From Zygnema circumcarinatum SAG 698-1b (taxonomy: Eukaryota; Plantae; Zygnematophyceae): DNA of 64,000 bases. The notes beneath the pieces are model-generated. The model was not told the origin of the DNA. It searched no databases and worked only from the letters and a program-made list of their open reading frames with translations. Made by a program: the position numbers and the translations under genes. Numbering within the stretch: position 1 is the first letter of the stretch; each line of letters opens with the position of its first letter. Positions 47,888-58,800 of the stretch are shown in pieces. The stretch spans positions 1,934,617 through 1,998,616 of the forward strand of contig CM074818.1 in NCBI GenBank assembly GCA_037447605.1, written 5' to 3'.

Positions 47888-48282
47888 TAGGGATGGATTA
47901 GTTACGACTATATAATATATATTATATTATACAACTGTGACGACTAGATAACGGCTGATATATATTAATTTACAACGCCTTTACAACATGTACGGTCGGA
48001 CGGTCGTACGGTCGAACGACTGTACGGTATTATGCGGTACGGATGCACGAGCAGACAGAGTGAACCAGACGGACGCATTTCGCAACGCCAACGCCAAAAC
48101 GACCTAATTTTGGTATGGTACGACCGTACCACCGTACGAGTACGGTGGTACGGTCGTTAATTGTTCAAAACGAGTGGATATAATATATGTAATAAAGTGT
48201 TTTACTTTGTAATATATTACTACTTTTAAACCCGTTGTAAAATATATAATTTATTCGGAATTTATAACGCGGGCCATCCCTA
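47888..48282. mobile_element. Non-autonomous hAT-type element (395 bp) with perfect 8-bp TSD
   Basis: TIR TAGGGATGG...CCATCCCTA; TSD CTCGTGTG at 47880-47887 and 48283-48290; internal CGGTA/CGTAC/ACGGT short repeats. Confidence 0.9.
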
Positions 48283-49328
48283 CTCGTGTGTAGAAATGAG
48301 GATTTCCTGTAGGGCAACGGTAGTCGTTTTGGGTTGAAATCAACGGAAGAAGATTCTTCAGTATACTGACAGAACTTTTTTTTGGTTTCTGACATGCCCG
48401 AACAGGGAGATAGGACCGTACGGTTTCAGGNNNNNNNNNNCGAGAGGGGAGGAGGGGAGAGGAGGGGAGAGGAGGGGAGAGGAGGGGAGAGGAGTGAGGA
48501 GGAGGGGAGAGGACGGGAGAGGAGGGGAGAGGAGTGAGAAGGAGGGGAGAGGAGGGGAGAGGAGGGGGGAGGAGTGAGGAGGAGGGGAAAGGAGGGGACA
48601 GGAGGGGGGAGGAGTGATGAGGAGGGGAGAGGAAGGGAGAGTGGGGGAGGAAGAGAAAGAAAGGAGGTGTTTAGAGAGAGGGAGGGGGTGAGAGATCGAT
48701 CTCCTACTGGCATTCTTTTCTCCTCCTCCCATAACCTCGTCCCCACCCTCCTCGCCTCTCTCCCTGCGTCTCCTCTCCCTTTTCCCCTTCCACAATCCCT
48801 TTCGCCCTCACCCTCTCCCCCCTTCGCTCTCCCTCCCCTCGTCCTCTCTCTCCTCCCTCTCTCTCTCTTTATCTCCTCTCCCCTTCCCTCTTCCACTTCT
48901 CTATGTCGATTCAATCTCCCCTTCCTCCTCACTGTCTCCCCCCCTCTCCCCTCTCCTCTCCCTTCCCCCTCCCCACTTTCCCCCTCCCCTCTCCCTCTCC
49001 CCTTCGACTTCCCTTTTCCCCCTCTCTCTCTCTCTGCCCTCTCCCCTCCCCCTCCTTCCTTCCCTCGCTCCCTCGGCCACTGTCCTCTTTTTTCTCCCAC
49101 TCTCTGTCCTCTCCTCCCTCCCCCTCTCCCTCTCCCTCTCCCTCACCCTCTCCCTCTCCTTCCCCCTCTCCCTCCCTTTCCCTCCCTCCCTCCATCTCGC
49201 AGTTGCCGACTGCCCCAGTCGCCCCCCCTCCCGCGTCTCCCCCCGCTCCGTTCGTACAATCACGTGTCTCCATACGCGCTGGCTGTACGAATGACTCTTG
49301 CGCTTGACACGTGTCCGGTTTTGGTCAG

Positions 49329-50498
49329 ATTCTCCAAGGCACACCGTAGGTCGGTTGTTTCTTTATCCTCCAGGGGAGGGCGTATCTGGTCCGTCCTTAT
49401 TCGATGCAGGGCGGGACTCTTTTGGACGGACATTGTTGTGGCTGGATGAATCAGGCGCGGCCACGTCATCAAATTTTCAATGAAAGGCGTGCCTTGATTG
49501 GCTGCAGCGATAACTAGCAAGTTACATGGAGCCCCACCTAAGGTCAGTTTCAGCCGGTTTTTATACTTGCGAATGTTCCTTTTGATTGGGCAAATCATCC
49601 TTTGAACTGAACAGTTGGACGCGAAATGCCTCTTCAGTATTTCTGATAATATTCTAGATTGTGGTGCTCGTGTGTAGGGATGGATTAGTTACGACTATAT
49701 AATATATATTATATTATACAACTGTGACGACTAGATAACGGCTGATATATATTAATTTACAACGCCTTTACAACATGTACGGTCGGACGGTCGTACGGTC
49801 GAACGACTGTACGGTATTATGCGGTACGGATGCACGAGCAGACAGAGTGAACCAGACGGACGCATTTCGCAACGCCAACGCCAAAACGACCTAATTTTGG
49901 TATGGTACGACCGTACCACCGTACGAGTACGGTGGTACGGTCGTTAATTGTTCAAAACGAGTGGATATAATATATGTAATAAAGTGTTTTACTTTGTAAT
50001 ATATTACTACTTTTAAACCCGTTGTAAAATATATAATTTATTCGGAATTTATAACGCGGGCCATCCCTACTCGTGTGTAGAAATGAGGATTTCCTGTAGG
50101 GCAACGGTAGTCGTTTTGGGTTGAAATCAACGGAAGAAGATTCTTCAGTATACTGACAGAACTTTTTTTTGGTTTCTGACATGCCCGAACAGGGAGATAG
50201 GACCGTACGGTTTCAGGATAATCAGGGGGAGGTGCTATCTGGTGTAGGCTTGTCATTTCGGGGAAGACTGGGGCGGGCGAGAGATATGATTCCAAATATA
50301 GTACCTGGATTTGTTTTGTTCGCGGGGAGGCGCTATCTCGGGGAGGACTTCCTGGCTTCTGTTTGTCAGGATGTGGGAAAGACAATATCTGGGAAGAACG
50401 TGAGGCTGGATTTGGTCCTTTTCAACCGTGTCGTTACTATTGCCCGTCTTGAGAAAGGCGAGCGAACTGGCGTCGATCTCACGATGGAGAGGCCATGA
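49329..50498 (+). CDS. Possible exons of an unidentified gene (49329-49454 and 50160-50498) flanking the hAT insertion
   Basis: Both segments follow plausible acceptors (TTGACACGTGTCCGGTTTTGGTCAG; TACTGACAG) and give normal-complexity peptides (DSPRHTVGRLFLYPPGEG...LLWLDES; NFFLVSDMP...LDLVLFNRVVTIARLE...RP*). No family recognised and phases not fully reconciled. Confidence 0.35.
49675..50069. mobile_element. Same hAT-type element in the duplicated segment (46654-48430 = 48441-50217)
   Basis: Identical TIRs, TSD and flanks at offset 1787 across a 10-N gap. Confidence 0.85.
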
Positions 50499-50508
50499 AA
50501 TGTACTGT

Positions 50509-50750
50509 ACATGGATACATGGATTAACGTGGATACATGGATTAACGTGGATACATGGATCAACACGGATCTAATCAACATGGATACATGGATCAACATG
50601 GATCGAATCAACATGGATACATGGATCAACATGGATCGAATCAACATGGACACATGGATCAACATGGATACGTGGATCAACATGAATACATGGATCAACA
50701 TGGATATAATCAACATGGATACATGGATCAGAATGTATATAATCAACATG
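50509..50750. repeat. Minisatellite of 18/15-bp units (ATGGATACATGGATCAAC)
   Basis: Head-to-tail units translating as MDTWIN / MDRIN repeats. Confidence 0.9.
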
Positions 50751-51020
50751 GGAAACCACGGGGAATCGGTCACAAAGGAGCTAAGGACAAAAGAAAAGCT
50801 ATATACGGGAACCCAGGCGAAGTTTTCCGCTCCTAGCTTTTTTCCTTTCTCTTAGGTCCTTTGCGTCCAGTTCCTCGTGGTTCCCCACGATGCTGATGTT
50901 GTCCATGTACATTTGATGGCATCATCGCCATCGTGAGATCAATACCACATCCATTCTCTTGTCGAAATTTACTTCTAGGCTCAACAACACGGCACTCGAA
51001 GCAGCCGCGAAGGGGCATGT

Positions 51021-51236
51021 AAGGATTAAGGATTAAGGTTCAAGGATGAGGGTTCAAGGATTAGGATTGAGCGATTAGGGTTCAAGGATTAAGGTTCAAG
51101 GATTAGGGTTCAAGGATTAGGGTTCAACGATTAGGGTTTAAGGTTAATGTTGAAGGATTAGGGTTCAAGGATTCAGTTCAACGATGAGGGTTTAAGATTA
51201 GGGTTTAAGGATTAGGGTTCAAGAATTAGGGTTCAA
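51021..51236. repeat. Telomere-derived 14-bp minisatellite (GATTAGGGTTCAAG)
   Basis: Repeated TTAGGGTTCAAGGA with variants TTAGGGTTTAAG. Confidence 0.8.
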
Positions 51237-51837
51237 TATGCCGATATGGGGCACGTCACGCGAAGGGAAAAATGTACAAATGAAAATGACATGAAATGAA
51301 ATAATGAATGAAGTGTACAAATGCCTTCAGAAAGGCATTTATAGTTTTTTGTAATTTTCGAAAATATTAAACCATGATGTGGCATACGGTCATGACCTAA
51401 TTTTTGTCCTGTTGCGGTTTCCTATTCCTCCAAAGTTTGCAACTCGCTGATCTGGTTTGACACCCAGATTTAGCTTCGTCGTGTCACGTGGCTGATTTTG
51501 ACAGGACGAATTTTGCAGAATTTCCAGATGGGCCAATCAACGGCCGACTTCGAGAGCATTGACGCGATCTTCGTGAGCTATTCAGATTTGGCCGTTTCGA
51601 TTCTTGGAATAACTACAAGCTGTACGGAGATTTGGTGCTGTGATGCGGAGCTGCCACATGGCACATTTCTACTTTTGGAAACTTCCAAAACGACAAGTAC
51701 TGAGCGGTATGTTTCATTGCTGGCCCCAATGAGACAACGCGTAAGGTATTTTTGTCCTACACGTATTTTGTCTTTATGGTCGTTTTAGGGCAAGGCGGCA
51801 GTCGCTGTACGGCATCCAACAAGATTGGCGCCATTGC

Positions 51838-52131
51838 TAGGGGCTATCATTAGTCATTGGTTTTAGTTTGGCTGGATGGCTAGACTACTCTGACTTGACT
51901 CCTTGACTCGCTTTGACCTGACTTGAATCCAAGGGATTGTCAGTTGTCAACAGGTCACATGAGCCATTACTTAATTGTACCAATATGTTATGAATTGTGT
52001 CCTTGACTAAGTTATGGCTAAAATGAAGTCATCCAAGATTGACCAGTATCCAGTCCTAGTCATAGTAACAAGAAATAGTCATTTCCTATAGTCCTTTGGC
52101 TTAGTAAGTAGTGACTTGCTTCTTGGCTCTA
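51838..52131. mobile_element. Possible old hAT-like MITE
   Basis: Ends TAGGGGC / (rc) TAGAGCC; GACT repeats on the left, AGTC repeats on the right; flanks GCCATTGC vs GCCATGAG. Confidence 0.3.
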
Positions 52132-52823
52132 GCCATGAGCACAGCCAACTCGAGAAGTCAACAACAAGATGGAAAGCCACGAGAAGCTGCTCAGAGGAAC
52201 AGACGAAAGTACAGTACGGAATTGAGAACCCTACACACCGCCTGTACGGCAGATCCATGTCTACCAGTAACGTTTCAACACGAACATGCCCCCTTCCGTT
52301 CCGTTCCCTGTTCGTTCGTACCATGCGACACCGTACCTTCCAAAAAATGACAAATTCTACGCCACGTCCGCCTTCGCTCGTGCGAGTGCAGTTGCTTCGT
52401 CTCCTTCTCCCCCCTCCTCCTCTACCCCTCTCCCTCATCCCTCTCCCTCTCTCCCTCCCGGTCTCCCTCTCTGCCTCTCTCTGCCTCTCTCCCGCCCTCC
52501 CCCCCTCTTTCTCTCCTCTCTCTCTCTCTCTCCCTCTCCTATCTCCCACCCCTTCTCCCTTTCTCTCTTCTCCCACCATGGCTCCCAGCACCCGCATCTC
52601 ATGACAATCCATATCCACCCACCTGCCACGTGCCGCCCCTGAACCCTTGCAACCCCCCCATTCCCGATCTGAAACCCTAATTCATTGCCTTTTCCCCTGG
52701 ATCTGAAAACTGAAACTGAAAACTGAAACTGGAAACTGGAACTGAAACTGAAACAGGCAATTCTATGGTTCAGTACAACGGAGCAGGCCTCTCCCAGGCC
52801 AACCCTAAAGCCCCTCCCTGACT

Positions 52824-55800
52824 ATGACGGCTGCTGAACCCTCCAGCGGCGGGAGAAGAAGCGGCGCGGACCTCGGAACCAGTACCTCCCCAGGTGGATT
52901 TTCAAGTGAATTTTCAGGTGAAAACAACAGATGCGTAGAGGTGGAGAACGCCACGGAGCGGCCTCCCTTGCGTCACGTTTTAGTTCGGCCGTCGCAGAAA
53001 ACTGTAACGGGAACGGGAACGGAAACTGACATAGAGCTGGTGGGTCTGGAAACATACGTCGACAAATCCGTAACGGATATTGAGTATTTCGAGCATAGAA
53101 CGGCTCCGTCTGCCGTTGTAGGTGACGGAGAATCGGAGGATCCGTCCTCGTCGCTTCTGGAGAACCGCAATTCCTCGTGCCCTTCTGGAGGGGTGGAATC
53201 AAAATCAGGGTTCAGGGACAAGATCAACACCGTTTTAGGGTTTTTTTGTGGATCTGAGATGGAAATGTATTCGTATCCGAGGGGTGGGTTCGGCACGGGT
53301 CACTCGCAGGGTTTAAGCCCGGGCCAGTACCAGGGTTTAAGCCCTTCTAAGCACTTTCGGAGTGGGGGGGGCTCCCCTCTTAAACCGGAGATTTTGGAGC
53401 AATCCACGGAAAAATTGATCAAGGAAGACATGGAAACAGCGGCCGTTGAGGAGAACGGAAAACAGTGGATGTCGGCGAAGGCATGGAAAGCCCTGTTCTA
53501 TGTGTGCATGTGGTACACCTTCAGCATGTGCCTCAGTTTGTAAGTTCACGCCGTTCCATTCCTTTCCGTTCCGTTCGACTCCTACTGAAACTGGAACGAC
53601 TTGAAAAGTGTTTGTCTATGTGGGAAGGGATCGACATTGCTTGAGTTTACGGTTGTTTGAAGTGGGATGATGATATACCACTCGTCAATTTTCTTTTTCT
53701 ACCCTTCCATTCCCTTGCATTTCCCGCCCTCTCTCTCCTAACCTCTCTCCCTTCCTCCTTCACTCCCTCCTTCCTCTCACTCACTTTTGCTAAACTTTCT
53801 GCCCCTCCCCCCTCCCCCTCCCCCTCCCCCTCCCCCCCTCCCCCTCCTCCACCCCCCCTCCCCCTCCCCCTCCCTCTCCTTCCCCTCCCCCTCCCCCCCT
53901 CCCTCCCTCCCCCCTCCCCCTCCCCCTCCCCCCCTCCCCCTCCCCCTCCCCCCCTCCCCCTCCCCCTCCCCCTCCCCCTCCCCTCCTCCCCCTCCCCCTC
54001 CCCCTCCCCTCCTGCCTCCTCCCCCTCCCCCTCCCCCTCCCCCTCCCCCTCCCCCTCCCCCTCCTCCCTCCTCTCGGGTACAACAAGAGTTCCTCCTGGG
54101 CACCCGCACGGCCACTTCCCGCCTTCCCCCCTCCTCATGACGACCCTCCACTTCGCCCTCCAGGCCCTCCTCTCCTCCCTCCTCCTCTTCCTCCTCCGCG
54201 CGGCCCCCGCCTTCCCCGCCCCGCCCGCCTCGCCCTCCATTACTGCATCCGCGGTGCGACCCCCCCCCCCCCCCCCCTTCATGCCGATATATCGAGATAA
54301 TCGAGATATTGTACTGTTCATATTTTTGTCGTTTTCTTCCTCGACCTCGTCTTCTTTGAGCTTACCTTGTTTTTTTGTTCGGGTTGTGTTTGTCGTTTAG
54401 TGTTGCCGACTGCGTTCGCCACCGCCACCGACATTGGGCTCTCCAATTTGGCGCTGGCGACGATCACGCTCACGTTCTACACCATGGTGCTGATCCTTAC
54501 CCTAGACCCTAGACCCTAGACCCTAGACCCTAAACCCTAAACCCAGACCTAAACCCTAAACCCTAGACCCTAGACCCTAGACCTAGACCCTAAACCCAGC
54601 CAGACCTAAACCTAAACCCTAGACTGGAGCCTAGACCCTAGACCTAAACCCTAAGCTGGGGCTTCAAACCCTAAACCCTAGACCTAGACCCTAGAGCCTG
54701 GAGCCTAGACCTAAACCCTAGACCTAGACCCTAAACCTAGACCCAGGCCACAAACCCTGGCCCTGGAGCCACAGACCTAGACCACAAGCCTAGACCCAGG
54801 CCTAAACCCCTAAACCCTAGACCCTGGAGCCTAGACCCTAGACCTAAACCCTAGACCCAGGCCTAAACCCTAAACCCTGGAGCCACAGACCCTAGACCCT
54901 GGGCCTAAACTGGGCCTGGGCCTAAACCCTAGACCTAGACCTAAACCCTAGACCCAGACCTAAACCTAAACCCTGGAGCCTAGACCCTAGACCTAAACCC
55001 TGAGCCCAGACTAAACCCCACAAACCTAGACCTAGACCCTAGACCTAAACTGGGCCCAGACCTAAACCTAAACCTAGACCTAGACCTAGACCTAGACCCT
55101 AAGCCACAGGCCCTAGACCTAAACCTAGACCTAGACCTAAACCCTAGACCCTAGACCCTAAACCCTAAACCCTAGACCCTAGACCCTAGACCCTAGACCC
55201 TAAACCCTAGACCCTAGACCCTAAACCCTAGACCCAGACCTAAACCCTAAACCCTAGACCCTAGACCCTAGACCCTAGACCCTAGACCCTAGACCCTAGA
55301 CCCTAAACCCTAGACCCAGACCTAAACCCTAAACCCTAAACCCTAGACCCTAAACCCTAGACCCTAAACCCTAGACCCTAGACCCTAAACCCTAGACCCT
55401 AACCCTAGACCAAACCCCAAGACCCTAAAACCTAAACCCTAGACCCAGACCTAAACCTAAACCCTAGACCTAGACCCTGGAGCCCTGGGCCACTGGGCCT
55501 AAGCCTAGACCCTAGACCACAAACCTAAGCCCAGACCTAAGCCTAGAAGCCTAGACCCTAGACCTAGACCTAGACCTAAACCCTAAACCCCAGACCACAA
55601 ACCCCTAAACCTAGACCCTAGACCTAAACCCTAGACCCTAGACCCACAAGCCTAGACCCTAGACCCTAAGCCTAGACCCCAGACACAAGCCCCTAAACCC
55701 TGGAGCCCTAGACCCTAGACCTAGACAGCCCTAGGCCTGGAGCCCAGCCTAAACCTAAACCCTAGACCTAGACCCTGGGCCTAGACCTAAACCCTGGAGC

Positions 55801-58800
55801 CCAGACCTAAAGCCTAAACCCCTGGAGCCTAGACCTAGACCTGGGCCTAAACCTAGACCTAGACCTAAACCCTGGAGCCACAGACCTAAACCCTAGACCC
55901 AGACCTAAACCCTAAACCCTAGACCCTAGACCCTAGACCCTAAACCCTAAACCCAAACCCTAAACCCTAAACCCTAGACCCTAAACCCTAGACCCTAGAC
56001 CCTAAACCCTAGACCCCCTAGACCCTAAACCCTAGACCCTAGACCCTAAACCCTAGACCCTAGACCCTAAACCCTAGACCCTACCTACCCTAAACCCTAG
56101 ACCCTAAACCCTAGACCCAGACCTAAACCCAGACCTAAACCTAAACTAAACCCTAGACCCTAGACCCTAGACCCTAGACCCTAGACCCTAAACCCTAGAC
56201 CCAGACCTAAGCCCTAAACCCTAGACCTAGACCCTGAGCCTAGACCCTAGACCCTAAACCTAGACCCACAGACCTAAACCCTAGACCCTAAAGCCCACAG
56301 ACCTAGACCTAAACCCTAGACCCAGACCTAAACCTAAACCTAGACCCTAGACCCTAGACCACTGGAGCCTAAGCCTAGACCCTAGACCTAAACCTGGGCC
56401 TAAACCTGGAACCTAGACCCTAAACCTAGACCCGGAGCCTAAACCTAAATAGCCCTAGACCCTAGACCCTAGACCCTGGGCCTAAACCTTCCTAAGCCCT
56501 GGCCCTAAACCCCTGGGCCCTAAACCTGAGCCCAGACCTAAACCCTAAACCCTGAGCCTAGACCCTGGGCCTAGACCCTAGGAGCCTAAACCGTGGGCTG
56601 GGCCTAAACCCTAGACCCTAGACCCTAAACCCTAGACCTTCCAAGACCTAGGCACAGAAGCCTAGACCCTAAACCCTAGACCCGGGCCTAAACCTAAACC
56701 TAGACCACTGGGCCTAGACCTAGACCCTGGGCCAAGCCTTGACCCAGACCTAAACCCTAAATCCTAAACCCTGGGCCACAGACCCTAGACCCTAGACCCT
56801 AGACCCTAAACCCTAGACCCAGACCTAAACCCTAAACCCTAGACCCTAGACCCTAGACCCTAGACCCTAAACCCTAGACCCAGACCTAAACCTAAACCTA
56901 GCCCTAGACCCTAGACCTAGACCTAAGCCCTGGGGCCTAGACCTAAACCCCGGGCCCGGGCCTAAACCCCTGAAGCCCTGGAGCCTGGGTCCTAGACCCT
57001 GGGCCTAAACCCTGGAGCCCTAGACCTAAACCTAGACCCTAGAAAGCCCTGGAGCCCGGGCCACAAACCCTGAAGCCTAGACCTAGACCCTAGACCTAGA
57101 CCTAGACCCTAGACCCTAGACCCTAGACCCTAAACCCTAGACCCAGACCTAAACCCTAAACCCTAGACCCTAGACCCTAGACCCTAGACCCTAAACCCTA
57201 GACCCTAGACCCTAAACCCTAGACCCTAGACCCTAAACCCTAGACCCAGACCTAAACCCTAAACCCTAGACCTAGACCTAGACCCTGGGCCCTAGACCCC
57301 TGGGCCCTAAACCTAGGCCCTAGGCCTAAACTGGAACTGACCTAAACCCTAAACCCTGGAGCCCTGGGCCTGGGCCTAAGCCTAGACCCCGGGCCACAAA
57401 CCCTAAACCTAGACCTAGACCTAGACCTAGACCTAGACCTGGGCCTAAACCTAGACCCAGACCTAAACCTAAACCCTAGACCTAGACCTAGACCTAGACC
57501 ACAAACCCTAGACCTAGACCTAAACCTAGACCCCAGACCTAAACCTAAACCTAGACCTAGACCTGGAGCCCTGGGCCCTAGAAGCCTAGACCCTAGACCC
57601 AAGCCTAGACCCAGACCTAAACCCTAAACCCTAGACCTGGGCCTAGACCTAAACCTAAACCCGTAGACCTAGACTGGGCCCCTAGACCCGGGCCTAAACC
57701 TAAACCTAGACCCTGGAGCCTAGACCCTAGACCCTAGACCTAAACCCTCGACCCTAGAAGCCCTAGACCCCAGACCCACAAGCCTAAGCCTAAGCCTAGG
57801 CCCTAAGCCTAGACCTAAACCCCTGGAGCCACAGACCTAAACCCCTGGGCCAGACCTAAACCTAAACCCTAGACCCTAGACCTAAACCCTAAGCCTAGAC
57901 CCTGGAGCCCTGGGCCCTAGACCTAAACCTAGACCCTGAGCCTAAACCCCCGGAGCCCAGACCTAGAAGCCTAAACCCTAGACCCTGGAGCCCTGGGCCC
58001 TAAACCCTGGGCCAGACCTAAGCCTAAATCCCTGGAGCCTAGACCCTGGAGCCCTGGGCCACACAAGCCTAGACCCAGGCCTAAACCTAGACCCTGGGCC
58101 TAAACCCTGGGCCCTAGACCCTAAGCCCTAGACCCAGACCTAAACCCACAAGCCTAGACCCTGAGCCTAGACCCTGGGCCTAGACCCTGGGCCACAAACC
58201 TGGGCCTAAAGCCCCTGGGCCAGGGCCACAAACCCTGAAGCCTAAACCCTGGACTTTCCGCCCTAGACCCACAAACCTAGACCTAGACCCTAAACCCTGG
58301 GCCAGACCTAAACCCTAAACCCTAGACCCTAGACCCTAGACCCTAGACCCTAAACCCTAGACCCAGACCTAAACCCTAAACCCTAGAACCTAAACACTAA
58401 ACCCTACACCCCTGGAGCCTAAACCCCTGGGCCAGTCCCTAAACCCACAAACCTAGACCCTAGACCTAGGCCTGGGCCTAAACCTAGACCTAAACCAAGT
58501 AGACCCTGGGCCTTTAAACCCTAGACCCGGAGCCTGAAGCCACAAACCCCTGGACCTAGACCTAGACCTAGACCTATAGACCCTAGACCTAAACCCTAGA
58601 CCCTAAACCCTAGACCCAGACCTAAACCCTAAACCCTAGACCCTAGACCCTAGACCCTAGACCCTAAACCCTAGACCCAGACCTAAACCCTAAACCCTAG
58701 ACCCTAGACCCTAGACCCTAGACCCTAAACCCTAGACCCAGACCTAAACCCTAAACCCTAGACCCTAGACCCTAAACCCTAGACCCTAGACCCTAAACCC

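Noticed and set aside
46654-50217. Two independent hAT insertions or a segmental duplication
   Set aside because: Same TSD and flanks at offset 1787 across a 10-N gap; one locus represented twice.
54078-54253. Frameshifts making the transporter a pseudogene (also 62177-62350)
   Set aside because: The indels occur only in low-quality stretches next to low-complexity tracts, while the other exons are intact; sequencing error is more likely.
54600-58560. Novel CCCTGG / CTGGAGCC / CCACA repeat variants within the telomere-like array
   Set aside because: They occur in irregular patches between clean blocks and match the known nanopore miscalling of C-strand telomere repeats (CCCTAA read as CCCTGG).
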